From Octopus vulgaris (lineage: Eukaryota): a DNA stretch of 64,000 nucleotides. Positions 1 to 12,209 of this stretch are shown piece after piece (the stretch's first letter is position 1; the number at the start of each line of letters is the position of its first letter). The notes under the pieces are model-generated. The model was given only the letters and a program-made list of their open reading frames with translations. It searched no databases and had not been told where the DNA came from. Where the stretch lies: positions 140,616,001-140,680,000 of the forward strand of contig OX597816.1 in assembly GCA_951406725.2 (NCBI GenBank), in the 5' to 3' direction. The position numbers and the translations under genes were made by a program.

Positions 1-1200
1 GTGACTGCTGAGGACATGCGTAAGCTCGTGAGGAATGAAGCCAGTATGCTCCGATGGATGTGTAATGTCAGTGTACATACTCGACAGAGCGTTAGCACCT
101 TGAGAGAAATGTTGTACCTAAGAAGCATCAGTTGTGGTGTGCAAGAGAGACGATTGCGCTGGTATGGTCATGTGGCGAGAATGGATGAAGATAGGTGTGT
201 GAGAAAGTGCCAATCCCTAGCAGTTGAGGGAACCCGTGGAAGAGGTAGACCCAGGAAAACCTGGGACGAGGTGGTGAAGCACGACCTTCGAACTTTAGGC
301 CTCACTGAGGAAATGACCAGAGACCGAGACCTTTGGAAATATTCTGTACGTGAGAAGACCAGGCAGGACAAGTGAGCCCAGCCCACTTATGAATGCCTTT
401 CCTCCCTTGGACACAAAGACCGGTTGAGGCAAGCGAAGTCGATATAGAACCTCATCCGACGACAGACACCCATGCCAACCCCCCATGCTTGCGAAGACAT
501 GTTGGGGCAAGCGAAATCGAAATCGAAACCGAATTGAACCAGCTAGGATCCCTGGCCTGGTGGTACGTAAAAAGCACTATCCGACTCGTGGCCGTGGCAC
601 GTAAAATACTCCAATGCGACCGTACGACAGGCACCCATGCCAACCCCCTTTGCTTGTGAAGACATGTTGGGGCAAGCGAAATCGAAATCGAATTGAACCA
701 GCCAGGATCCCTGGTCTGATGGTACGTAAAAAGCACTATCCGACTCGTGGCCGTGGCACGTAAAATACTCCAATGCGACCGTACGACAGGCACCCTTGCC
801 AACCCCCTTTGCTTGTGAAGACATGTTGGGGCAAGCGAAATCGAAATCGAATTGAACCAGCCAGGATCCCTGGTCTGGTGGTACGTAAAAAGCACTATCC
901 GACTCGTGGCCGATGCCAGCACCGCCTCGACTGGCTTCCGTGCCGGTGGCACATAAAATACACCAATCTGACCGTGGCCGTTGCCAGCCCCGCCTGGCAC
1001 CTGTGCAGGTGGCACGTAAAAAGCACCCACTACACTCACGGAGTGGTTGGCGTTAGGAAGGGCATCCAGCTGTAGAAACATTGCCAAATTTAGACTGGAG
1101 CCTGGTGCAGCCTTCTGGCTTCCCAGAACCCCGGTCGAACCGTCCAACCCATGCTAGCATGGAGAACGGACATTAAACGACGATGATGATGATGATGATG
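1..1200 (+). mobile_element. RTE-clade LINE 3' part: RT C-terminus (1-375), 3'UTR with tandem repeats, (GAT)n tail
   Basis: The ORF contains RRLRWYGHVARM and GTRGRGRPRKTWDEVVKHDL, typical of RTE RT C-termini. It ends in gacgatgatgat... followed by (TA)n. A close relative lies inverted at 57480-58822. Confidence 0.92.
459..913 (+). repeat. About 2.8 tandem copies of a 159-165 bp unit in the RTE 3'UTR
   Basis: Units begin acgacag(a/g)cacc at 459, 624 and 783. Confidence 0.9.
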
Positions 1201-1322
1201 ATATATATATATATATATATATAGTTAATCCAAACATAAACAAAGAGAAAATACAACAATGCAAGGACGTGGAACAAGTATAGTATTATTGGACGCTCAG
1301 GAAAGGAAAGAAAGAAGGAGGA

Positions 1323-1355
1323 TTTAACGTTTCGAGCAGAACTCTTCATCAGAAA
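1323..1355 (-). ncRNA. Minimal type-I hammerhead ribozyme in a Penelope pLTR-like repeat (about 1224-1415)
   Basis: Minus strand: ttt-CTGATGA-a-GAGT-tct-GCTC-GAAA-CGTT-aaa. Stem II is GAGT/GCTC, stem III is the palindrome AACGTT, stem I is TTT/AAA. Confidence 0.7.
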
Positions 1356-1453
1356 CATAGACAAGGGAAGACGGAGAAAGAAAATCGCCACTGATACACA
1401 CACGGTCACATATTGAATGACCAGAAGGGGGATACACACACACACACACACTA

Positions 1454-1484
<31 letters not shown>

Positions 1485-1794
1485 TATATACACAAAGGGG
1501 TGGATTTGTATGATTGTGTATAGAAGAATATATTACTCAAAGGAATTCCAACTCTGTTTTTTTATGTTTTATTTATATTCTAATATTATTAATATAGGAT
1601 ATTCATATAGGATATAGAATATATAGTAAGAAAGAAATGAAATGAAGTATTGATTGTCTATTTGAACAAATGAAATATTGAAAATTAAATATTAAATGTC
1701 TGTTCTCATTGAACTAGTATACTTTCTTGCATTTAAGCATTCATCAGGTTCAGATTGTGACAGGAATGCTTTGACTGTGGAAGTTGAAGCACTC

Positions 1795-1868
1795 AATGTA
1801 ATTGACTGTCCCCCTCCCCCGAAATTTCAGGCCTTGTGCCTATAGTAGAAAGGATTATTATTATTATT

Positions 1869-1907
<39 letters not shown>

Positions 1908-2445
1908 TTCTTCAAGAAGGCGGTGAGCTGGCAGAATTGTTAACATGCTGGGCCAAAATACTTAGCCTCTTTTCATCTTTCCAGGGTTGATAAAATAAGT
2001 ACCAGTTAAACACAGGGGCCATTGTAATTGACTTATCCCCCCAAATTGGTAGCCTTGTGCCAAAATTTGAAATTTATAATTATTATTATTATTATTATGA
2101 GGAAAGCAGTGAGCTGGCAGAATTGTTAGCATGCTAGACAAAATGCTTAGTGGTTTTTCTTCCAGTTTTATGTTCTGCGTTCAAATGATGCTATGGTTGA
2201 CATTACCCTTCATCCTTTATGATAAGTACCAGTTAAATGTGAAGGGGAGGGGCATTGGTGTAATTGACTAACCCCTCCTGTAAGTCAATTACATGCAACC
2301 TCAGCCAATGCCTAACTGGTACTTGTATTAAAGGATGAACGGTTAAGTCAACCTCGGCAACATTTGAAATTAGAATGTAAAACCAGAGAAAATGCCACTT
2401 AACATTTTGTCCATCATGCTATAATTCTGCCGGTTTACTGCCTTA
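1795..2445. mobile_element. Cluster of tRNA-derived SINE copies, mostly + with the last one -, separated by (ATT)n/(CAT)n
   Basis: Repeated head aggcggtgagctggcagaattgttagc, a B-box-like gttcaaa, and the core gataaaataagtaccag. Confidence 0.8.
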
Positions 2446-3143
2446 TTTATTAACTTATTAATGGCTCATCCCTGTTATATAAATACTTTCACTTTAATTG
2501 TTGCACACTTGCAAAGAGAAAGTAGGAGAAAGTGTGGTGGTAATGGAAGCAGTGAAGCACTTGAAATGAGAGAGGCAAATCGTAAAATATTGAGTTTTCT
2601 CGAATTTTTGCTTAATTGGGGGTCAAATTGAAAAAACTTTACATGCCATGACCCAATCGAATCTACTTGGAAAAATCATAGGTAAATTCCAATTGAAGAA
2701 ATTCTATATTGTAGAATTGTATTAAAAAGAAACATGGGAACAGGCAGAGAAAATCTGCCTTTTATCATAAGAGATAAGAGATATTCTTGATAGTAACCAT
2801 TCAGCTATTTCATATAAATTGAATAATTTCAAACCATTATCAATAAATCACTGACTTGTCATGCAATTGTATTTAATTTGTAAACAAATGACAAGCAGCA
2901 TAGAGTTAATGTAGACTTCCTGTGTACCAAATCTATGATTTAATTCCAAGTCATTGTCTTGGTTAAAATTTATTTATTTCTTAAATTTCAACAGGAAGTT
3001 ATAAATATTGTAAAACTTGCTTCCTCCCAACTCTTAAACCAATATTCCTGATTACACTTTAACAGGAAATTCTGAAAGTTGAAACATTGTCGGGGATTAA
3101 TTTATGTCTTTATACAGCATATATATATATAGAGAGAGAGAGA

Positions 3144-3654
3144 GGTGGAGGCACAATGGCCCAGTAGTTAGGGCAGCAGACTCGTGGTCGTAGGATTGCA
3201 GTTTCAATTCCCAGACTGGGCGTTGTGAGTGTTTATTGAGCGAAAACACCTCAAGCTCCACGAGGCTCCGGCAGGGGGTGGTGGTGAATCCTGTTGTACT
3301 CTTTCACCACAACTTTCTCTCACTCTTTCTTCCTATTTCTGTTGTACCTGTGTTTCAAAGGGCCAGCCTTGTCACACTCTGTGTCACGCTGAATCTCCCC
3401 GAGAACTACGTTAAGGGTACACGTATCTGTGGTGTGCTCAGCCACTTGCACATTAATAAATGAGCTGCAACATCACTGGTGCCAAGCTGTATTGACCTCT
3501 GCCTTTTCCTTGGATAAGATCGGTGGCATGGAGAGGGAAGGCTGGTATGCATGGCTGACTGCTGGTCTTCCATAAACAACCTTGCCCAGACTTGTGCCTT
3601 GGAGGGTAACTTTCTAGGTGCAATTCCATGGTCATTCACGACCGAAGGGGGTCA

Positions 3655-3655
<1 letters not shown>
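3144..3655 (+). mobile_element. tRNA-derived SINE (second family) inserted in a (TA)n(GA)n microsatellite
   Basis: Head gtggaggcacaatggcccagtagttagggc...gtttcaattccc. Homologs lie at 4314 and 55782, and both flanks are (TA)n(GA)n. Confidence 0.8.
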
Positions 3656-3692
<37 letters not shown>

Positions 3693-3880
3693 TTATTCTC
3701 TTGCTATGCTGGGGTTTTGGCTGTGATCACAGGGTCTTTCCTGTGAACACACATGTGAAACAATGGAAGAACAAGAGATTGACTCAACCAAAATAAAAAT
3801 ATTGTTTACTCTGGTACTGAGTACTACATGTGTATGCTTGTGTGTGTGTGTAAATACATATATACATATATATATATATA

Positions 3881-4099
3881 TGAAGAGGTGCTGAAAAGTT
3901 CCTGGTTTTAGGTAAAAGAAAATATAGGAGGTTGATTAATTATGATTTTATTCAACATATCCCCCTCTCAGATTCACACACTTATTGCAGCAGTTCTTCA
4001 GTTTTTCTAAGCCCTTTAAAAAAACTCAGAAGGTTAGGCCTCCAACCAGGGCTTTTTGCATTACCCTTAAAACAGGAACTTTTCAGCCCTCCCCTCCTT

Positions 4100-4101
<2 letters not shown>
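3881..4101. mobile_element. Mariner-like MITE
   Basis: TIRs gaggtgctgaaaagttcctg / caggaacttttcagccctc, inserted in TA repeats. Confidence 0.7.
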
Positions 4102-4134
<33 letters not shown>

Positions 4135-4137
<3 letters not shown>

Positions 4138-4292
4138 ATTAATTAACAGGAGATTGATTCAGTGTTAAATCTTTATTGGGTACAACATATGTTTCAGGCC
4201 ATCAGTCTGAGTCTCATCAGACTGATGGGTCGAAACATATATTGTACCCTATAAAGATTTAATACTGAATCCATCTCCTGTTAATTAATATT
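4135..4292. repeat. About 158-bp near-perfect palindrome centred on a hammerhead motif (fold-back pLTR)
   Basis: aatattaattaacaggaga... pairs with ...tctcctgttaattaatatt. The minus strand carries CTGATGA-gactc...-GAAA-CATATG-TT. Confidence 0.88.
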
Positions 4293-4313
4293 ATTACCCT
4301 ATCTGCCACTGCA

Positions 4314-4597
4314 GTGGAGGCACATGGCCTAGTGGTTTGAGCAGCAGACTCGCGGTCAAGGGATTGCTGTTTCGAATCTCAGACCGGGCGATGTGTGTGT
4401 TTATGAGCAAAACAACTAAGCTCAATGCAGCTCCAGCAGAAGATAACAGTGAACTTCTGCCGACTCTTTCCTTCTGTGTCTAGCAGCTCACCTGTGATGG
4501 ACTGGCATCCTGTTCAGGTGAGGAACCTATATACTAATAAAACTGAGAAACCAGCCCTTATGAGCCAGGCATGGCTTGAGAAGGAACAAACAACAAC
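4314..4597 (+). mobile_element. tRNA-derived SINE
   Basis: Head gtggaggcacatggcctagtggttt...gtttcgaatctc with A/B-box-like motifs; ends in an (aac)n tail. Confidence 0.75.
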
Positions 4598-4850
4598 TGC
4601 CACTGTGGAGGTCCTGAAATAGATCCAATAGAAGTGTACCACGACTGCAGATGACAACAGATAGCCTAAACTGTGCCAGTGCTCTACTCAATATTTAAAC
4701 ACACAAATCGACTTATACTTATCTGTCCAAATTATTTTTTATTGCTATATATATATATAGTCAGATTGAACATTAACAATAACAAAACAAGAGGACATGC
4801 ATGTGGAATGCATTAGTTCAATGGTCAGAGAATGTGGGAAGAGAGGGTTT

Positions 4851-4883
4851 TTTGACATTTCAAACATTATTCTTCATCAGAAA
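4851..4883 (-). ncRNA. Degenerate hammerhead motif related to 1323-1355
   Basis: Minus strand: ttt-CTGATGA-a-gaataatgttt-GAAA-TGTC-aaa. The core is kept but the stems are eroded. Confidence 0.5.
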
Positions 4884-4994
4884 GGAAAACAAAAAAGTCC
4901 AGAGATGGAAAAATATCACCAACGGCACATGTGTGATTGTTCTACTTGTTATTCAATAGTATTATTTCCTGAAAGGTGGTAAATCAGAAAAATC

Positions 4995-5380
4995 AGTAAA
5001 CCATCAGGGAAGATGCTTTGTGGTATACATATAGCTGCATTCCTTTACATTCTGAGTTCAAATCCCATCAAGGTCGGCTTTCTATTCTGTTCTGGGATCT
5101 ATAAAGTAATTATCATTCATGTACTGGTGTTACAATAATTGATTGATATCTACTCCGTAAGTTGTGGCTTTGTGCCAATGTTAGAATCATCACTGTTATT
5201 ATTTATGTTGCAGCATCCCTTTTGTATTCTGATTTAGAATCCTGCCAAAGTTGGTTTTGCTGTTGATTCTCCAAGGGTTTAGAAAATAAATATTGGCCAA
5301 GTACTTAAGTTAATGTAATCAACTGTACCCTACTCTCCCCTAAATTTTGGTGTCTTTTATGTATATTATAAATCAGTATT
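4995..5380 (+). mobile_element. Two old tandem SINE copies
   Basis: ttctgagttcaaatccc B-box-like motif and a decayed SINE core, occurring twice. Confidence 0.6.
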
Positions 5381-5396
5381 ATTATATTCACTATAG

Positions 5397-5521
5397 CTGA
5401 AAGCTTTGAAACTCTTCTCAATAACTACCATGGTGAGCAATCCCTGTCACCAATTCCATTTGGAGAAATAGCTGAAAATTCTCCTGAACAAAAAGAGAAT
5501 ACAGAAGAAAGATCTGAGAAG
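5397..5521 (+). CDS. PLEKHM1/PLEKHM3-like gene, candidate internal exon
   Basis: tag|...|gtatt boundaries. One open frame, ESFETLLNNYHGEQSLSPIPFGEIAENSPEQKENTEERSEK, exits in phase 0 and fits the exon at 7209. No recognisable domain. Confidence 0.6.
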
Positions 5522-7208
5522 GTATTCTAAGTTTTTAGTTAATATTCTAATCTGTTTCAACTTTTTTTTTTTTTTTGTCGTGGTTTTTTTTATTTCCAGC
5601 TCTGCTTTACATGAAACTCTGGAAGAAGGTAGTGAGTTTTGTATTTTGAATGAATCTTAATATTTTACTATTACCTAATTATCAGGTCCTGATACTTACT
5701 AATTATACTCTTGCATTATTTAATAGCTACATTAAGTACAATACATTGTCAATCATTCTAAGAATTGTTGCTTGAAGGAACTTTTCAATCTTATTTATTC
5801 TGACAATGCACAAACTTCTCTTATCACTCTCTATTTAACTACACCAATCTTCTTTTATCTATTCATTAACCCTTCTAATTTTAGAGAGTCCTTACATGTT
5901 GTCAGCAGTACAAAGATTTAAAATTTGCCCTATTATATTTATGTTCTTTTCTTCTTTTTAATGTTTTACATCTATTTTTATGTATTATATGGGTGAGATG
6001 GCTATTAGAAATTTATACATTAGTATTTGATGGAACATTTATGCCCTTCCAACTGCTAATCACTGGATGGGGAAGTAGAAGTTAAAAGTATTTTGAAGAT
6101 TGGTAGTCAGAGGTAAACAGTTATGAGCCTTTCCTGGAGCATTACACAATAGCTGTTGTCAAGTTTGTATTCATGACCATGTGATCACTCACTGTTTTTC
6201 ATCTTTCTATTGAATTGACCTGTTACACAAAGGGCCTTTGAAGACTGGTCACTGAATAGATTATTTGAAAGAATTGAAGTTTTAATTTGTAATATTTTAA
6301 TAATAGAATTGGAAAAAAAAATATTCTTTGGAAAATGTTTAGTTAATTTGCATTGTAAGTTTCTTTTGTTATCATTTTAGAATTTGAAATCCAAATATGG
6401 CCTACACTTTCACTACATTTTCCGTTAGTTTCAGCAATTAGCTTTACACTTACCATGTCTACATTATAAGTTAATCAAAACTTCAAAATTGAAATGTCTA
6501 TCAGTAGTTAGAGCAGCAAATAGCTCCTAGGTAAGGTGCAACTACATTTATATTATGGTTCTGATCAGTATGACATAATTACTAAGAACATCAACAAATA
6601 GTGACAACAATTTCAGCAACATAGATACAGTGGCACCTGATTTTAACTAAATTTCTTTTAATAATGTCATTCAGTAACTAGAATGACAAATTATGGACTT
6701 GGTCTTATCTTCTGGAAAAAATTGATAAAGGAAATATAAATTTATAGTGATGTTGACTATTTTATAATGTTAACACACGGCACAGTGATTATGAAGTTTA
6801 AATTGCTAAACCGTCATAAGTTCAAATTTTGATATTGCCATTATGCTGTGCCCTTGGACGAAGCACATAAGTTTGTGTGTCTCAGTTTATTTGACTTAAA
6901 AAAAACAAAAGAAGTTTCTTATTTTGCAGTTAAGTGGTTGACAGTAGAAAGTATATCATGAAGTTACAATTTTTGTAACAGGTAAACCATCCCAGCCATG
7001 CAATTTTGAAAAAAAATGGATGTAAAGCAGTAAAATAAACTGAAGTTTTTAACCCCATTTCATGCAGAGGCAAGTCCTAGCAAACAAATGTATATTTTCA
7101 GTGTTTTGTAATTTAAAAAAAAAAAAAATTTTCTAGTAAGAATGTGCAAGCTTCACATGTCTTTGTATGCAAGCCTTAAAGTGTTGTGTGCACTTTGACA
7201 TCTTTCAG

Positions 7209-7274
7209 GAAAGCATAGATAATTATGCTGACTTTGAAGTACTGAATGCTGCTTCTTTTCTTGTTCTGGATCCA
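7209..7274 (+). CDS. PLEKHM1/PLEKHM3-like gene, internal exon
   Basis: tctttcag|ESIDNYADFEVLNAASFLVLDP|gtgagt; 66 nt, phase 0-0, in frame with the exon at 13384. Confidence 0.7.
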
Positions 7275-7571
7275 GTGAGTTCCCTCCTATTTCCTCATGT
7301 TATGTTTGTCTTCTTGATGTTTTTGTTATTGCTGTTAACTAATTCAGTCTGTAGTGTAAAGTTTGGTTTGATGTAGTTTCCTTCTTCTCTGTACTCCATA
7401 AAATGAGGACTAAGTGTAAAACTATGCACTTGTCCTCAATTGAATACTGGTGTAGGTGGGGTCTTTTTCTCTTCTTTTCCATTTTTATCTTTATTTAGCT
7501 TACTCTGTTCTTTATCCTTCTGCTTTATTAATATGTTGATGTTTTTAGTGCACAGTTTTGGTTTTGGACAG

Positions 7572-7605
<34 letters not shown>

Positions 7606-7607
<2 letters not shown>

Positions 7608-8490
7608 GGCAACTGACGGGCAGAATCCTCAACACACCAGGCTAAATGCTGAGCGGCATTTTGTCCATCTTTATAGTCTGAGTTCAAATTCTAGTGAGTT
7701 TGACTTTCCTTTTCATCCTTTTTGGGGTCCATGAAATAAGTACCAGTTGGGCATTAGGGTTCAGTGTAATCGACTTACTAACTCCCCAGAAATTGCTGGC
7801 CTTGTGTCAAAACTCGAAACCATTATTATAATCATAGATGGTGAGAAGGCAGTGTGCTTGCTGAATCATTAGCATGCCAGACAAATTGCTTTGTGGCATT
7901 TCATGCATATTTACATTCTGAGTTCAAATTCCACTGAGGTTGACTTTGCCTTTCATTCTTCCAGGGTCTATGATATTAGTGTCAGTCAAGTACTGGAGTC
8001 AATGTAATCAACTAGCCCCCTTACCCCTAGATTTCTGGCCTTGTGCCTGGAGTAGAAAGGTTTATTAAAGATGGTAAGCTAACAGAATTATTAGCACTCC
8101 AGCCAAAATGCTTTGTGGCATTTCTTCCTGTCTTATGTTCTGAGTTCACACCCATTAAAGCCAGCTTTACCTTTCAAGGTTGATAAAATAAGTACCAGAT
8201 GAGTACTGGGGTCAATGTAATTGACTAGTCTCCTCTTACAAAATTTCACGTATTGTTCCTTTAGTAGAAAGGAAAGGCAGTGAGCTGGCAGAATCATTAG
8301 CATGCCAAGCAAAATACTGAGCAGCATTTCACCTGTCTGTATGTTCTGAGTTCAAATTCTGCCTTTCATCCCTCTGGAGCCAATAAAATAAGCACCAGTT
8401 ACATACTGGGGTTGATATAATCGACTAGCCCCTTTGACAAGATTTTCAGGCCTTGTGCCTATAGTGGAAAGAATTATTATTGTTATCATT
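7606..8490 (+). mobile_element. Head-to-tail array of about 4 tRNA-derived SINEs
   Basis: Repeated ggcagtgagctggcagaatc...tctgagttcaaattc...gataaaataagtaccag...ggccttgtgcct units, preceded by (ATT)n. Confidence 0.85.
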
Positions 8491-8729
8491 ACTGCAGCAC
8501 TGAAATTTAATATGCAACAGGCTTTGTGCTACTGTTTCTTTTTCTTTTATTGCTCTTCTTGTGTGTGGTACACTTCTTATATATATATACACTTATGCAA
8601 CTATGTATATGTATGAACAAATACATAAAAGAGTGCATATATGTATATGTTTGTGTGTATGTATACCCACAAACATATTCATACATGCATATATACATAC
8701 ATGCATGCTAATATTAGTACTACCATGGT

Positions 8730-9536
8730 ATCTTAAAGATAGCACATTGGCAGTGACTTGGTGTTGAGAGAGAATCGTGATGTCAAAGGAGAGAAATGTG
8801 TCTGCATGGATGATGGCTTACTAGCATTTAATGAGAGAGACTTGGAGACGCCATTATGAAAGGTTGCTAAATGAAGAGAATGAAAGGGAGAAAGAGAGTC
8901 TGCCAAATGTCAACCCAACAGAGGGACCAGCTATCCAAATTGACAGTACCATGGTAGATAAAGCAGTTAAGAGTATGAAGAGAGGGAAAGCCCCCGGCCT
9001 ATCAGGAATCACTGCAAAGATGCTTAAAATATCTGGTGGTGTAGGCTATAGTCTGGTCACTCATATCGTCAATCAGATGATACATGAAGGAGTCATACTC
9101 AATGACTGGTGTAGCAGCACCATAGTCAACTGCTACAAAGGTAAAGGCGACGCATTAGATATGAATAATTACAGAGGTATCATATTGGTGGATCAGGTGA
9201 TGAAAGTTACAGAGAGGGTCATAGCTCAACTAATTAGGGAGAGAGTTAATTTAGACGAGATGCAGTTTAAGTTTGTGCCAGGGATCAGCACCAGTGATGC
9301 TATATTTCAAGTAAGACAGCTGTAGGAGAAATACCCAACCAAAGATAAACCTCTGTACTTGGCTTTCGTTGTTATGGAGAAAGCCTTTGACAGGGTCTCA
9401 CAATCCCTTATCTGGTGGTCAATGTGGAAACTAGGGATAGATAAGTGGTTAGTGAGAGCTGTACAAGCCATGTACAAGTATACTGTCAGTAAGGTGAGGG
9501 TTGGCGACGAGTATAGTGAAGAAATCTGGATAGGAG
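8730..9536 (+). mobile_element. RTE LINE RT N-terminal fragment (decayed)
   Basis: MKRGKAPGLSGITAKMLK, YKGKGDALDMNNYRGI and AFVVMEKAFDRV, with in-frame stops. Confidence 0.9.
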
Positions 9537-9690
9537 TCCATGCTAGCATGGATTGGACGGTTCAACTGGGGTCTGGGAAGCCAGAAGGCTGCACCAGGCC
9601 CAGTCTGATCTGGTAATGTTTCTATGGCTGGATGCCCTTCCTAATGCCAACCACTCCGTGAGTGTAGTGGGTGCTTTTTACGTGCCAGCA
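9537..9690 (-). mobile_element. RTE 3'UTR terminal fragment, inverted relative to the adjacent RT fragment
   Basis: Reverse complement of about 1010-1163 (ccatgctagcatgg, ctggatgcccttcctaa). Confidence 0.8.
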
Positions 9691-12163
9691 ACCAAAACCT
9701 TTGGAGATATGCTGTGCTTGAAAAGACTTGGCAGACCAAGTAAGATCATAGCTGTGGCCTAAGTTTTGATGTACACTGAATTTCAACCCATTATGAAAGC
9801 ATTCACTCACTTATACAAGGGAGCCTCTACAAACCAGTAACATAGCTTCTGTATAGTCAACCAACTTACTCAGAATAGTAGCCAAATCTCCACCAAATCA
9901 CACCTTGTCATCATACAAAAAAGTCCTAGATACACCATACCTGACAAAAAGACAGGATGACTCTGGTTTGAATGTCTTTGATCATAGGTCTGTTGAATCA
10001 GTGTAGACACGCAGCACTGATCAGATTCCAGTCCGATATATTATGATATGTAATGATAGAATGACATTTGCTTTGATTTTATTTTGAAAAGGATGTAACA
10101 TTTGTTTATTTTCTTGTGTATTCATTACTATGTATGTTCTAACCATAGAATAATTGGCTTATGCTAAACAAAGAGAAGAGACCTCATTATCCACCAAGCC
10201 ATTGACTAAAATATGGTGTCTTAATGTATATCCTTTATTCAGAAATAAAAGATCCTGGTTCAAATCAAAATGGTAGGACAATAATATTCAGAAATAAGAC
10301 AGCTGGTGACAATTGATCAAAACTTACTACAGATATAAAAATGCTTTCTAAAAATGAGGTCAATAGTCCAAAAAAAAAAACCCAGTATCTAAATTGTCCT
10401 GTTATACAGCATTTATCTCAGTAGCCATAGTTGTTCATTATCCTTTACATTCAGAATTTTTATTCAGCTGAATAGTTAAGCCATTACATCAAACTAGTAT
10501 CCACATTAAATAGGCACAATTATGTGCAAGTCTTTAGAAACCTGCAATAATATTAACTTGACAATCACATCACATGAACACATCTTGAAATGTGTAGTAT
10601 ACTATATAATTTGGTACATTCATAGCATATGGTTTATTTCAAAGATTAAACTAAATTTCCTTAATTTATAACAGTAGTGCTGCAAGTAATGTTTTGACTT
10701 TTTTTTTTTCTAATAATATTTTCTAAAACTCTGAAAACCAAATTTAAAATCATTTGTAGAAAAAAGAGAAAGCTCTCTTGAAAATTTTAGAAACTAAGGT
10801 AAAATTGAAAAAAAAAAGCACAAATGACTTTCAGAAACATTTTTCATGCTTAGAATTGTTGAAGCATGAAGTAAACAACCTACGTAAGATTTTAGCTGTC
10901 AGGACACTGAATCCTTCAAGAGTACCATACTTCTCAAAACTCACCACAACTATTTTTAATGTGCCACACACCCTTTCCTCTGTATGGTTGTTTTACTGTT
11001 TACTTTCCTCTCGTATGTTTTTTTCTCTGTTCTATGCATGTACTTTTGGCTGTCATTACTGTCTTTCCTTACTTTACTTATTTCTGCTTTCTATTACCTC
11101 TTTTACTCATTTCAAGTGAGTTATAGCCACCTGAGCACTATATACAATAAGTAATGCTTCATGTAGCTGTGGATGGGAAAAGTGCACTGATTTTTCTCCA
11201 TTTACACATTCATTTGACAACAATAATGTGAAAATCTTAAATGAATTTATGCTCATATTGAATGCAAATATTTTACAGCATTATTCAATAATGATGTTGT
11301 AAATTTTATTATGCAAGAGATTAACAACTATGTTAGTTTTTGTATTTATTTCAAATGGAAATATGTATAAAAATTACCTTTAAGAAAAGTTGTTGTTTTT
11401 TTTTTGTCCATTTGGCACACATATTCATGTAACCCTTTCTTGCCATTTATGGGTTGAGCACGTTACATGATTATGTTTGATAAAGCTTCTCTGTTGTTTA
11501 CATTGCATTTTGATGATAAGATGTGATAAGTCTTGGAGAATATAAAACATAACCATTTTGTAATTTTTTGAATAGACTTCTAGCCTAGTGGTAAATGATA
11601 TCTTGTTCATGTCATATATCTTTATTTCCATTGTTGTATAGTAGAACATACTTAAGTAACAAACTTCCATGATTTGGAAGTCATTAGCTATAATACCTTC
11701 TATATTTAAAAACTATCATATATTCAGTCCAGTCTGTTTTCAACTTGAAAAACATCTTCATAATTCAAATTAGAGTGTCAGGTATATTTTCTTTCTCTCT
11801 CTCTCTCTCATTATTTTCTGTACTCTCTATGCTTATATTTATTTATTCATTGTTTGTTTTTTTTACTTTTTAATGTTTTATTTTTTCCTTATTTTTTTCC
11901 AATTATTTTGTTTTTATATATTGTTTTAATATTCACTATATACTTATGTGTTAGCATTAATATTTGGTTTGATTTCACTGTTTGATTGTATTATTTTCAG
12001 AACAGTTAATGGAATAGACTAGTATCATGTATTTAGATGTATCAGTCTATCCATGAATGTATGTAATCTGTCTATGTGTGTATATGTATCTATCTGTCTA
12101 TCTGAGATTATATCTAATATAATCTGTTAGATTTAATAGTTTATCATTCTGTTGTATCTAATA

Positions 12164-12209
<46 letters not shown>

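Noticed and set aside
452-1147. 231-aa minus-strand ORF, with similar ORFs at 57527-57974 and 59499-59992
   Set aside because: These are readings of GC-rich, tandemly repeated RTE 3'UTR with no protein motifs.
1738-1797. Upstream exon HSSGSDCDRNALTVEVEALN
   Set aside because: The acceptor is weak, the donor overlaps a SINE, and the exit phase does not fit the exon at 5397.
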